Assembly (NCBI GenBank): GCA_044376115.1
Contig: JBILLK010000015.1
Location: 160,001-224,000 of the forward strand
Reading direction: 5' to 3'
From: Polyangiaceae bacterium
Lineage (GTDB): Bacteria > Myxococcota_A > Polyangia > Polyangiales > Polyangiaceae
Length of the DNA stretch: 64,000 bases
Shown piece by piece: positions 28,331 through 37,998 of the stretch; the stretch's first letter is position 1; every line of letters begins with the position of its first letter. The translations under genes were made by a program, and so were the position numbers. The notes beneath the pieces are model-generated. The model saw nothing but the letters and a program-made list of their open reading frames with translations, ran no database searches and was not told the DNA's origin.

Positions 28331-30529
28331 CTAGCGGCCAGAGAATTCACGCATCTGTTTGCAGATAAAGTGGCCCCCTTCGAGCAACTTCAATTCGAAG
28401 TCGAGCGCTCGAGTCTTGTTAGGGTCCGCGGGAGCGTAGCGGCAATCATTCTCGTAATAGTCAGGGCGGGCACGACAATAGGCAATCTCCGCAGTGCGGG
28501 TGATCTCTACGAGCTCCCGCAACGCCTTGTCCGATAGCACCGGCGCCTTGAGCGGCGGCTCCCCAGCGACGGGTGTTGCAAACCGTGTAACGGCGAAAGA
28601 AGGAGGGTCTCCAGGTTCATTGAAGGCTGCAATGACGTTCTCCGCCAAGGTGCCGGGCTCGGGATTGGTCACCAGCACGTTGCCCTTCTGGTTGGCCAAC
28701 GTATAGCCGTAGACGTTCTGCGAGTTGATTACCCGGGTGACGACCACCGAGTTCGCCGCAACGGGCTCCTCCAGCTCGTAGTCAGCCACGATCGCGAAGG
28801 CCATCAGCGCACTGGAGTGATCCAACCTGGCGAAGGACCGCTCTTCGATCGCACGCTTGTTCCACACGCTGCCGAATACTGCCTTCATGGCGCAAGCGAG
28901 GGTCTTCGGCTTCACCTTCGACTTGACGCCCTCCGACACAATCTTGCAAACGGCCTCCGAATCATCGGGCTTCTTGAGGTTGGCGGCAAAACTCGAGTAG
29001 AGGCCCGCTCCATCGAAGTTGGGCATGTCTTCGGCGTTGGCGCTCGAACGCACCTTGACCTTCGGAATACCCGGTAAAACCTCACCGATTCGCTTCTGGA
29101 CCCGCTCGACCATACCCGGCGGAAAGCTTGACGAAAGGAACAGGTCTCGAACCTTCTCAGCGCGAGCTGAGAGCTCCTTCGGCGGTAGGTCACCTTGCTT
29201 TGCACCTTCAACGAGGACCTTGAGCGCAGCCCGCAGCTCCTGATTGGGCCCGTACTCAACGAAGTCCCGGTAGAATTTGAAGGGCACTCCGAGCCCTGCC
29301 GGGACCAGGTCATAGCCGTAACGCGCACTCAAACTTTCAGCGTCGGTCGTCCGACCCAAGACCTCCCCGTTTGTAAGGAAGCCGAGGCTTGCGGCCTTGC
29401 CACCAACAACGGCCGTGAGACGAACACAATCTGCGGGGTCTTTGGGACACATGTCCGCGTACGAAGTGAGCTCGTCGGAGGGCGAGTACGGTAGCGCTAA
29501 CCAGGGCCGCTCGTTGCGCTTGGCGTGAATCGCTCGGACCTGCTCTTCGCTGGCGGCTTCAAGTTTGAAGCCGTCCACCATGACGGTCAGATGAACCGGC
29601 TTGTCGACCCATTTGGACAGCTCTGCGTGCTCTGGCCCTGCACTGCGCAACACCATATTGGGTGTGCCGCGCTCCTTCGACTTGAGGTTCACGTGCGAGG
29701 TTGGATCTTGGTAGGCGTGGGAGATCGTCCCGGCGACCACCGAAAGGTCGAGAGGGAGTTCGTTGAAAACTGGGATGTCCAGCGGCGAAAGTGCGTCTAG
29801 GTCCTTGGGGAACATGCGCAAGAAGCCCCAAGCTTCGCCGCGATTGAGCGGAATGAAGTCGGTGGCACCGAGAACATCATCAAGCGACCGAAACGGAGCG
29901 CCTGCGCGCTCGAGTTCAGCCGCTACCTCGCCGCTCACGTGCTGTTGTAGGCCCGTAGCAACGAACACGAGCTTGGCTCCCGGGATACGAAACTGCGGCA
30001 ACAAGGTTCGCACCGTTTCAGCGATCATCTCTTCGCGAGCGACGTCTTGGGGGAAGAACTGAACGCCGTAGAGCGGCTCGGGATTGCCGTTGACGTAGTA
30101 GGTTTGGATCGACCCGGCGACATAACGCTTGTCTTGTACGTCGTAGGTCACCGCCCCGAACGACTTCAGCGTCTCAGAGAAATTGGAGAGCACCTGCTCG
30201 GCGAAGGGGAAGTGGTACTTGGCAGACTCCGGCCTTTCACCGCGCGAGTCGGTAAAATTTGAGTTCATGAAGTATACGGCTGGACGCTGCGGGTCGCGCC
30301 GGTCGATCAAGAACTTGAGCGTGCGGCCTGGGAGGAGGAGGCCGCCATCGCGATACGAAAACCTGTTGAAAGTCTCAAGACTATCGATGGCGCTGATTCC
30401 CAAGCCATTCGCCAGCACGCGAGGGGGATTCTGTCCCGTCAAATCCGGTGGAACCACCACCCGGTCCGTGGGCTTGCAAGCGAACGAAGCGAGGACCAAC
30501 GCCACCCCGAGCGTGCGTGCGCGAAGCAT
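28331..30529 (-). CDS. Lipoprotein with PEP-synthase/PPDK N-terminal (PEP/pyruvate-binding, ATP-grasp) domain only
   Basis: Lipobox SFAC; GGKAASLG, VRSSANAEDMPNFDGAGLYSS, DFELK..KQMRE; ORF ends without a phospho-His domain. Confidence 0.8.
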   Translation of the reverse strand: MLRARTLGVALVLASFACKPTDRVVVPPDLTGQNPPRVLANGLGISAIDSLETFNRFSYRDGGLLLPGRTLKFLIDRRDPQRPAVYFMNSNFTDSRGERPESAKYHFPFAEQVLSNFSETLKSFGAVTYDVQDKRYVAGSIQTYYVNGNPEPLYGVQFFPQDVAREEMIAETVRTLLPQFRIPGAKLVFVATGLQQHVSGEVAAELERAGAPFRSLDDVLGATDFIPLNRGEAWGFLRMFPKDLDALSPLDIPVFNELPLDLSVVAGTISHAYQDPTSHVNLKSKERGTPNMVLRSAGPEHAELSKWVDKPVHLTVMVDGFKLEAASEEQVRAIHAKRNERPWLALPYSPSDELTSYADMCPKDPADCVRLTAVVGGKAASLGFLTNGEVLGRTTDAESLSARYGYDLVPAGLGVPFKFYRDFVEYGPNQELRAALKVLVEGAKQGDLPPKELSARAEKVRDLFLSSSFPPGMVERVQKRIGEVLPGIPKVKVRSSANAEDMPNFDGAGLYSSFAANLKKPDDSEAVCKIVSEGVKSKVKPKTLACAMKAVFGSVWNKRAIEERSFARLDHSSALMAFAIVADYELEEPVAANSVVVTRVINSQNVYGYTLANQKGNVLVTNPEPGTLAENVIAAFNEPGDPPSFAVTRFATPVAGEPPLKAPVLSDKALRELVEITRTAEIAYCRARPDYYENDCRYAPADPNKTRALDFELKLLEGGHFICKQMREFSGR

Positions 30530-30534
30530 CTGAC

Positions 30535-31155
30535 TCACGAGTACCTCGTCATGATCAACCCGAACACAAACAGCGAGCCGCTCAGACACAGTCCAACCAA
30601 GAACACGAGATAGGCAACGCGAAGCAAGCGGAACTTGCCGAGCAACACGTGCCCGAGCGCGTGCATGTGTCGACTCAAGTGCTCGTACACGCGGTCATCA
30701 TCGGTAAAGAGTTCCTTCATTCGCAGCACGAACTCCTCTTCCTCCAGGCGACCGAAGTTGCCAAAGAAGAGCAGGTTACCGCGCCCCAATTGCAGTGCGC
30801 CGGCGCCCAACTGGCTGGGCTTTTGTAGTTTCGGTCGCACCACCAACACCGCGAAGATGATCGACAAGAGCGCCGTCGCAGCAAGCGTGGCGCAAGGCAA
30901 GATCAACCACAACCTCGTGTGCAAAATAATGCTGCTCGACGCCAACATGATCGACATGATCAGCCCGTTGATCTGAATCATCATGTTGGCTTTGCTGTCG
31001 GCCAACGTCGTCAGGTTCATCTGTTCTTGGAGCAGCACGCGAAACGTGGTTTCAGCGCTGGGCTTACGCGTCTTGACCTTTGCTGGAACAGCTTCCGCCG
31101 CCATGGCTGTCGCGCTTTGTGCTCCTAGCTGTGGCTCAGCCGTACCTTCATCCAT
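30535..31155 (-). CDS. Pycsar effector (PycTM/DUF5706)-like membrane protein, stand-alone
   Basis: ET.FR....L..LADSKANMMI.IN, two TM helices, NLLFFGNF, LG.VL..KFRLLR.AY.VF. Confidence 0.8.
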   Translation of the reverse strand: MDEGTAEPQLGAQSATAMAAEAVPAKVKTRKPSAETTFRVLLQEQMNLTTLADSKANMMIQINGLIMSIMLASSSIILHTRLWLILPCATLAATALLSIIFAVLVVRPKLQKPSQLGAGALQLGRGNLLFFGNFGRLEEEEFVLRMKELFTDDDRVYEHLSRHMHALGHVLLGKFRLLRVAYLVFLVGLCLSGSLFVFGLIMTRYS

Positions 31156-31302
31156 CGAGTCGACGAGAGTAGTCGGCCCTGGCGGCTATTGGAAATGACC
31201 CTGCAGCAAAAGGAGTGACGCTGGGTTGAGCTACTCGACGGCCACCCGCGGCTGCAAATCCTTTGTTGGCCTCTCGAGATCCCGAAGCGTTAGCATCGCG
31301 CG

Positions 31303-32691
31303 ATGTCTGAGAACGAGCCGAGCGTGGCACCCGAAGAAGGCAAGAAGAGCCCGATTGATCTGTTTCTATCGCTCTTTGCTGAAGTGCGGCCAGGGGAAGG
31401 GCTCACCGCCTTGGTGCTGCTTGCGGACGTGTTCCTCATGTTGGTGGCCTACTACCTGCTCAAGACCGTACGGGAGCCGCTGATTCTCGAGGGCGGTGGA
31501 GTCGAGCTCAAGAACTACGCCACCTTCGTGCAGGCGCTTGTGCTGATGGGCTTTGTCCCTGCCTATGCGGCGCTGGTGAAGCGGCTGCCACGCATGACGT
31601 TGATCACGGTCACGCTGGTGTTCTTTGCCTCCAATCTAGTGCTGTTTTGGCTGCTCGCCTTACTCAAAGTTCCGTACGTCGGCTTCGCATTCTTCGTTTG
31701 GCTTGGTTGCTTCAGCCTATGCGTCATTGCGCAGTTCTGGTCGCTGGCGAACGACCTGTACACGCCAGACCAAGGCAAGCGGCTCTTTGCGATCATCGGG
31801 ATTGGCTCTTCCGTAGGCGCCGTCGCTGGCTCCTATCTCGCAAAGTGGTTCGCGCAGAACTCGAACCCTGACGACAAGCTCAGCCCGCCCAACGTGAGCC
31901 CCTACGTCACGATGCTGATTTCGGCGGGCATCCTCATGGTCTGCTTGGCCCTCAGTTGGTTCGCCAACACGCGCGAAGGCAAGCGCAAAACCGTCACGGC
32001 AGCCCCTGAGCCGCCCATGGCCGGAAAGAACGGCTTCGCCCTGTTGTTCGAGGACAAGTACTTGCTCCTGATCGCTGCGTTGATCTTGCTGCTCAATGTG
32101 GTCAACAGCACAGGGGAAACCATCTTTGACCTAACCATCCTGGAGGAGGCCAAGCGCAGCACTCCGAACTATGACAGCCTGGATGAAGGCGCTCAGAAGG
32201 CAGCGATCAAGGCCTTCGTTGGCCCTTTTCGCGCGGACTTCTTCTTCTGGACCAACTTGATTGGTGCCGTGACCCAGCTGTTCTTCGTCTCGCGCATCTT
32301 CAAGTATCTCGGTATCCGCGCAGCCTTGTTTTCATTGCCCCTGATTGGCTTGATTGCCTACGGCGGCATTGTGCTCTTCCCGGCGTTAGCGTTTGTTCGA
32401 CTTGCCAAAATCGCTGAGAACGGCACCGACTACTCGCTCTACAACACCACCAAACAAGCGCTGTGGCTGCCCACTTCCCGTGAACAAAAGTACAACGCCA
32501 AGATGACGATCGACTCGTTCATCGTACGCATTGGAGATCTGCTTTCGAGCGGCGCATCCCTCGGATTCATCGCGCTCGGGTTCGGCGTACGTACCTATGC
32601 GGCAGTAAACGTGGCCGTCGTCTTGGCTTGGGCCGTAGCCGCTTTCATCATTGGGCTCGAGAACAAGAGGCGGACAGAGCTTTCGGCCTAG
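31303..32691 (+). CDS. NTP/NDP exchange (NTT/TLC family) MFS transporter
   Basis: YYLLKTVREPL, QFWSLANDLY...QGKRLF, DYSLYNT..QALWLP...KY.AK..ID....R.GD; about 12 TM. Confidence 0.85.
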   Translation: MSENEPSVAPEEGKKSPIDLFLSLFAEVRPGEGLTALVLLADVFLMLVAYYLLKTVREPLILEGGGVELKNYATFVQALVLMGFVPAYAALVKRLPRMTLITVTLVFFASNLVLFWLLALLKVPYVGFAFFVWLGCFSLCVIAQFWSLANDLYTPDQGKRLFAIIGIGSSVGAVAGSYLAKWFAQNSNPDDKLSPPNVSPYVTMLISAGILMVCLALSWFANTREGKRKTVTAAPEPPMAGKNGFALLFEDKYLLLIAALILLLNVVNSTGETIFDLTILEEAKRSTPNYDSLDEGAQKAAIKAFVGPFRADFFFWTNLIGAVTQLFFVSRIFKYLGIRAALFSLPLIGLIAYGGIVLFPALAFVRLAKIAENGTDYSLYNTTKQALWLPTSREQKYNAKMTIDSFIVRIGDLLSSGASLGFIALGFGVRTYAAVNVAVVLAWAVAAFIIGLENKRRTELSA

Positions 32692-32948
32692 CCTCCCCGC
32701 AGGAGGTTGAAGGCAAAACGAAGCGCCTCGACGTCGAGAGGCGCGGACAACGCCGTAAGCAATTCGACGGCCGTTGGGTGAGCGCGCTCTAAAGGCGCGG
32801 CCTCAGCTTCGGAGTTTGGCTTTGTCACGCATCGAAGACTTAGGACCTGCGCCTGGTCCTCAAGGGGCACTGGTCGCTGACCTGCAGCAACGGACAGTCG
32901 GCGCGCAAGCCTCTGCACAGCTTGGCGCCGTCGGTCTATATTCGTACC

Positions 32949-34598
32949 GTGACCGGCCTTTCCCTCGCGACCAGCCTTAGCCAACTATCACTTCTTATCG
33001 GCTTATCCGGTTGCATTTTACCGGAATATACCGCGGCTTCAGAAAACGCTGGGGGCGCCGGGGGCGCTGGCGCCAGCGGCGCCGCGGGCGCCAGCGGCGG
33101 CGCGGCGAGCGGCGGGAGTGGAACCGGTGGAGGAACTGGCGGGGTTGGCGGCGCGGGGGCGGGCGGCGGAGCAGGCGGAGGATGCCCAGATACGACCTTC
33201 ATTGGCCACTTCGGAGATGACGGTGCAGAGCTGCAGCTTTCGGCCCTGCCAGATGGCTCCTTCTCCGTTGTAACTGGCAATACAGTCGTTGCGGGGACCT
33301 TCAATCAGTCGTTCACGTTTGACGACGTTTCGCTACCAGCCGCGCCCCAAGGAGCGGCTTCGCTGTTGATTGCTGCCTTTGACCGCAACGGCGCTGCGGT
33401 ATGGCACTTACGCGTGGACGGGTCCTCGAATTTGCGACTCAACCGCGTGATTGGCCTATCTGACGGCGCACTGGTGCTTTTTCACGACGTTCCGACGAGC
33501 CCTGGGCAAGAATTGACCATTGAGGGACTCAAGCCATTCGTGATGGATGGCAACGAAGATGGCTTCGCGCTAAAGCTCGACCACAACGGCTCACCGCAGT
33601 GGGCCAAGCACCTCGCTGGGCCGGGCGCTGGGCTCTTTACTGGCGCCGTGGAAACGCCGGGAGGACTCATGGTCGTTGGCTCACTCCGCGGCGACGTAAC
33701 GTTAGAGGGCGTACCTCGCCACACAGGCGCGAATTATGCACCATTCGCCGCACGGCTCGACGTAGCCGGCGCCCTCACGCACTATCAGGACTGGGAGCTC
33801 CCGGGGAGTGATGGGCTATTCAACGATGTATTATTGAATAATAAAAAGCTGTACATTACGGGCGCCTACAAGGGCACGTTGCCGGTGGTTCCCATAGCGC
33901 CGGACGCAACTAGCAATTACATCTCTGTGGTCCTCCGCTTTGACGTTCCACTCCAGCCCACAGGCGACCTGATCGGTCCCCAGACGACGGCTATCTTTCA
34001 CCCAACGCGCGAGGTCTTCGGCATGCGCCTAATCAAGGCAGAAGCTGGTGTTTTGGTTGCGGGCCGAGTTCATGGGGGGAGTGACGTTACGCCGCTATTG
34101 TTCGGCTTGCCCAATCAGATGACCGCGCCGCTAACCACTGGCGCCTCCAGCTACCTGAGCCTCCTTGATGTGAGCGACGGCTCTTGGAAGCCCGTCTGGG
34201 GAAACACGGTCAACACGGTCAACTCGGAGACCCACTTTCACCTATCGTCCTTTGCGCTCTTGCCCGAAGAACAAGGGGGCAGAATCCTGCTAGGACACGC
34301 CGTTGACGCTGAGAGCACCACCGTCGTCAATGCAACCGCCTTCGCGGCGCCTTCCTTGTTTTTGGGCCTCAACGCGACGCAGCCCAACGCCGGAATCCCG
34401 GTTAGCGCCGCACAAATCGATGCAGCCGGCGGGGGGCGGCCCTATATGCGACTCATCCCCACGGAGTGCGGCACTCTTTTGATAGGCAAGTACAACGGCA
34501 CTCCAAACATCGCTGCACAAGTCCAGGAGGCGCCTGTGGTTGGCTATCGCAACGTCGTGGGCTTTTTGCCTGAAGGGGTTTCCTTCTCTCCCCTCTAA
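32949..34598 (+). CDS. Gly-rich lipoprotein with beta-propeller-like domain
   Basis: Lipobox LSGC, Gly/Ala linker, DGFALKLDHNGSPQWA-type repeats; start moved to GTG 32949 behind TATATT. Confidence 0.65.
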   Translation: MTGLSLATSLSQLSLLIGLSGCILPEYTAASENAGGAGGAGASGAAGASGGAASGGSGTGGGTGGVGGAGAGGGAGGGCPDTTFIGHFGDDGAELQLSALPDGSFSVVTGNTVVAGTFNQSFTFDDVSLPAAPQGAASLLIAAFDRNGAAVWHLRVDGSSNLRLNRVIGLSDGALVLFHDVPTSPGQELTIEGLKPFVMDGNEDGFALKLDHNGSPQWAKHLAGPGAGLFTGAVETPGGLMVVGSLRGDVTLEGVPRHTGANYAPFAARLDVAGALTHYQDWELPGSDGLFNDVLLNNKKLYITGAYKGTLPVVPIAPDATSNYISVVLRFDVPLQPTGDLIGPQTTAIFHPTREVFGMRLIKAEAGVLVAGRVHGGSDVTPLLFGLPNQMTAPLTTGASSYLSLLDVSDGSWKPVWGNTVNTVNSETHFHLSSFALLPEEQGGRILLGHAVDAESTTVVNATAFAAPSLFLGLNATQPNAGIPVSAAQIDAAGGGRPYMRLIPTECGTLLIGKYNGTPNIAAQVQEAPVVGYRNVVGFLPEGVSFSPL

Positions 34599-34659
34599 TG
34601 TTTTGATGGGAACTCATACCAGAGTTGACGCCAACCCTTACTCGACTAGGGTCACGTCC

Positions 34660-35892
34660 GTGAAGGCTCTTTACTGTCTTGCGCTCCCCACGCTCCTGGC
34701 CTGCGGGGGCGAGCCGTTTCAATCATCGACGGGAGGCTCGGCGCAAACGGTCGCAGGCGGAAGCTCGCCGAATGGCGGAGCTGACCCCAGCGGCGGCGGC
34801 AACGCAGGCAGCACCCTCAACCTCGAGTTCGTCGGGAGTACGGGCGTACCCGTTGCAGGGGCCTACGTATTGGCCAGCGGCGCAGACGGCGAAAGCCGTT
34901 ATCTGGCTGACACTGATGAGCAAGGCAAGGCCTCGGTCGAGGTGGTGGCCGGTGGCTGGCTCACAGTGGCCGTCGAGGACCCACGAGTTGCAATTAGCGT
35001 AATGGTCACTGAGGGCGTTACCGAGCTGCGCCTCGTGGACCCATCCGGCCAAGTGGGACGCAATGCTACGACTGCCCAGCTAACGGTTCTCGGCAATTGT
35101 GCTGATTGCGACCCCAGTGGAACTACCTACGTTGGATCCTCATGCACCTTCGTCGACAACGTCCCCTACACTGGAGTCAACATCGAAGGCCAGTTTAACG
35201 CCTACCGTGGCTGCCCCGGCGAAAGCTCTTTTAGCGTGGTTGCGTTCTCACTGACCCAAGCCGGTGAGCTCGAATACTACGAGGAATCAGGCCAGGTTAC
35301 GTTGGGAACAACCTCCGTTGAGCTCGGGTACTTTACGCCGGCTGAAGATGTGGCAGACGTGGGCCTTTTGCCAACGCAGCCTCTCGCTGAAAATGCGACC
35401 TTTCACGCATTCCTAAAGCGCGACAATCTCTATCGCGGATTTTGGTCTAGCGACTTCGCGAGCCCCTTTGAGGTGCCGGCCTCATGGCTCGCGGGCTCAA
35501 CAGTCGAATATGGCTACTCAGACACTCTGGGCTTCGTTCTCGCGTTTGAACCGGTCGAGGCATTGACCTCCTTCAATCCGGGAGCCGTTGGTCGGCCGAC
35601 GCAACCCAGCTTCGACAGCTCAACAAGGACAATCTCGTTCGACGTGGGTCAACCCAAAGGGGATATGGTGCAGCTCCTGATCGACGATGGGCGGCTTCAC
35701 TACTTGCTTGTTCCGCCGACCCTGTCCGAGGTGACGTTGCCGACCCTCCCTACCGAGTTCGTTGCTTGGTCAATCGACTCGGGGGACATCACCGTCGAGC
35801 ATGTCGACGCCTTCGATGTGGAGGGCTACCCAGCACGGCTCGCTGGAGCCGTGTCGGCAGAGGTACGCGCCCGCCACCACCCCATCCCCTAA
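34660..35892 (+). CDS. Hypothetical lipoprotein
   Basis: VKALYCLALPTLLACGG lipobox; beta-rich; start at GTG 34660 behind TAGGGT. Confidence 0.6.
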   Translation: MKALYCLALPTLLACGGEPFQSSTGGSAQTVAGGSSPNGGADPSGGGNAGSTLNLEFVGSTGVPVAGAYVLASGADGESRYLADTDEQGKASVEVVAGGWLTVAVEDPRVAISVMVTEGVTELRLVDPSGQVGRNATTAQLTVLGNCADCDPSGTTYVGSSCTFVDNVPYTGVNIEGQFNAYRGCPGESSFSVVAFSLTQAGELEYYEESGQVTLGTTSVELGYFTPAEDVADVGLLPTQPLAENATFHAFLKRDNLYRGFWSSDFASPFEVPASWLAGSTVEYGYSDTLGFVLAFEPVEALTSFNPGAVGRPTQPSFDSSTRTISFDVGQPKGDMVQLLIDDGRLHYLLVPPTLSEVTLPTLPTEFVAWSIDSGDITVEHVDAFDVEGYPARLAGAVSAEVRARHHPIP

Positions 35893-35948
35893 GTCTCGAT
35901 GCGGCGGGGTTGTTCACAGGCCAAGGCCCGTGTGACAATCGTGCACCA

Positions 35949-37355
35949 ATGCGGTGCCTCGTGCGTTTCAACCCGGTGTCTTCGAGCCTGCTTTTGGCCG
36001 TAATCGCGGTCGGCTCACAGCTCTGCTCTCCAACCGCAGCTTTGGCAGGTGAACAGCTCGACCTCACCTGGGCCGACTGCGTGGTTGCTCCCGCGGACGC
36101 GGATCGCGACGGCTTGGATGACGCATGTGAGTTCGCCGTTGCAGCGGCCTTCGAGCCGGAAATGGTGTTCGGCCTGGAAGAAACCGCGACCGAGCGTATT
36201 CCTTTTTGGGCGGCTCGCCCCGATGGCGAGTTCACCATGCGGATCTTCTACGCGCTCGCTTACCGCATCGACGCTGGAGACCCGACCTTTGGCGGAGTTT
36301 CAGCGCACGAGGGCGACTCCGAGTTCATCGTATTGCGCGTCCACTATGACGGCAACGGCCTATGGTCCCTCGTCGAAGGCTACCTCTCTGCCCATTACGG
36401 CACCGGATGCGACGCCGGCGATTGGTTTACCAATAGCGAGTTTCAGTACGTTAATAGTGTATTTGGTCGTCCACTCGTATTCTCGGCCGAGGGCAAGCAC
36501 GCTAACTATACCGACCTCGACCGCTGCGATTCGGGGGGGTGCTTCCAAGATCACTGCAGCGACGAAACTCGTGAACCGGTCGGCATCGAGCCCGACCGCG
36601 ACCTTGGCCTTCAATCCACCCAGCTGATTGACGAGCACGTAGTTGATGGCAACTCCGAGTGGTTCTGGACCGATGTTATCTTCTGTGGCTGGCAGCTATC
36701 CCCCGGCGCCGATCGCTCCGAATGCGTGCCAGTAGACAATAGCTATTCACGTCAGCTGACGAGCTTCGAGATGGATTACGGGCCAGTCACCGGCGAGGCT
36801 GCCCTGTGTGAGCCGTGCCAGGAGGACAGTGATTGTATGGATGGTGGGCTTTGCTTGGACGGCCTCTGCGGCCAGGCATGCGAGGCCGGCTCCTGCCCAG
36901 AACATGCCTATTGCGAGGGTGAAGGCGTTGGCCAGTGTCTACCCATAGCAGCCGACTGTGCCTGCTTTCTTGCGTGCCAAGAGCGCGCATGTGGAGATGA
37001 TGGCTGCGGCAATTCCTGCGGAACCTGTCCGAGCGGCGAGTCCTGTGACGTAACGGGCCAGTGCCAACCAGCAGGCACATGCGTGCCCGACTGCAGCGGA
37101 CGCACCTGCGGTGATGATGACTGCAACGGCTCTTGCGGTAGCTGCAATGACGGTGAGACCTGCGACGCTAGCGGGCAATGTAGCGACTCCGGCTCGGGCG
37201 GGAGCGGTGGGGGCAACAGTGATAGCGAGGAGAGCGGTGCCGGTTGTGAATGCCAAGTAGACCGTAGCAAGACTGGAAAGAACGGCTCGCTGCTCGCCTG
37301 CGCGCTCCTTGGCTTAGCAAAGGCACGTCGTCGCCGCCGTTACGTAACAGCGTGA
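35949..37355 (+). CDS. Secreted Cys-rich protein with MYXO-CTERM-like anchor
   Basis: Signal peptide; DADRDGLDD; HEGDSE and GKHANY motifs; CGDDGCGNSCGTC repeats; GCEC..LLACALLGLAKARRRR tail. Confidence 0.7.
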   Translation: MRCLVRFNPVSSSLLLAVIAVGSQLCSPTAALAGEQLDLTWADCVVAPADADRDGLDDACEFAVAAAFEPEMVFGLEETATERIPFWAARPDGEFTMRIFYALAYRIDAGDPTFGGVSAHEGDSEFIVLRVHYDGNGLWSLVEGYLSAHYGTGCDAGDWFTNSEFQYVNSVFGRPLVFSAEGKHANYTDLDRCDSGGCFQDHCSDETREPVGIEPDRDLGLQSTQLIDEHVVDGNSEWFWTDVIFCGWQLSPGADRSECVPVDNSYSRQLTSFEMDYGPVTGEAALCEPCQEDSDCMDGGLCLDGLCGQACEAGSCPEHAYCEGEGVGQCLPIAADCACFLACQERACGDDGCGNSCGTCPSGESCDVTGQCQPAGTCVPDCSGRTCGDDDCNGSCGSCNDGETCDASGQCSDSGSGGSGGGNSDSEESGAGCECQVDRSKTGKNGSLLACALLGLAKARRRRRYVTA

Positions 37356-37368
37356 CTCACTTCTGAGC

Positions 37369-37385
37369 TTGGTATCCCTCGTGCA
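37369..37385 (+). promoter_or_regulatory. Putative sigma54 promoter of the USP gene
   Basis: TTGGTATCCCTCGTGCA (GG-N10-GC); overlaps TGCAAGT-gt-ACTTGCA palindrome at 37382-37397. Confidence 0.55.
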
Positions 37386-37396
37386 AGTGTACTTGC

Positions 37397-37900
37397 ATGT
37401 GGAAAGTAATCCTCTTTGCTCACGACTTCTCGGAATGCGCAGAGCGCGTTGAACCGGTGGTTATTCAACTCGCACGCACCCACTGTGCGCGTGTCGTCGT
37501 TTGCCACGTTACCCAGCTGACCAACGGACTTTCGCCGCAAACGATCATCTCGCCACCTGGAGAAGAAGCGCCGATCACCGTTGGCGAGTATACGATGCGC
37601 ACAGGGCGGGAGCGCTTGGCGGCCATTGGCAAGCGCATCGCACATGACTGTGTCGAGGTAGAAACCGCGGTCATCCTCGACGAAATCCATACGGGCATTC
37701 TGCGCGCGGCCAAAGACTACCGCGCGGAGGTCATCGTCATGGGCACGCACGGGCGTACTGGCCTTTCGCACTGGTTGCTCGGTTCTGTAGCGGAAAAGGT
37801 CCTGCGCCAAGCCGAGGTGCCGGTGATCACGCTGCGTAGCCATGTTTCAACCCAAGCCCCCGCAGAGGAGCGCGTGCTTGACGATGAAATGAGCGGGTGA
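37397..37900 (+). CDS. Universal stress protein
   Basis: ILFAHDFSE, IVMGTHGRTGL...LLGSVAEKVLRQAEVPV. Confidence 0.93.
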   Translation: MWKVILFAHDFSECAERVEPVVIQLARTHCARVVVCHVTQLTNGLSPQTIISPPGEEAPITVGEYTMRTGRERLAAIGKRIAHDCVEVETAVILDEIHTGILRAAKDYRAEVIVMGTHGRTGLSHWLLGSVAEKVLRQAEVPVITLRSHVSTQAPAEERVLDDEMSG

Positions 37901-37912
37901 GGCGTCCTGAGG

Positions 37913-37987
37913 AATGAAACGAGAAACGTTTCATTGCGTTTCATCAAGCACCAAGACGGCGGATAGCCACCTGGCACACCTACTGCA
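37913..37987 (+). promoter_or_regulatory. Putative sigma54 promoter with upstream TGAAAC/GTTTCA activator sites
   Basis: AATGAAAC-N7-GTTTCATT palindrome, second GTTTCA at 37938; TGGCACACCTACTGCA at 37972-37987. Confidence 0.65.
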
Positions 37988-37998
37988 GTAGCCCTTTC

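Noticed and set aside
30535..31155. Complete Pycsar anti-phage system
   Set aside because: No pyrimidine cyclase gene in the window; only the effector-like gene is supported
32688..32984. 98-aa minus-strand ORF
   Set aside because: No motif or RBS, overlaps the promoter and start of the next gene
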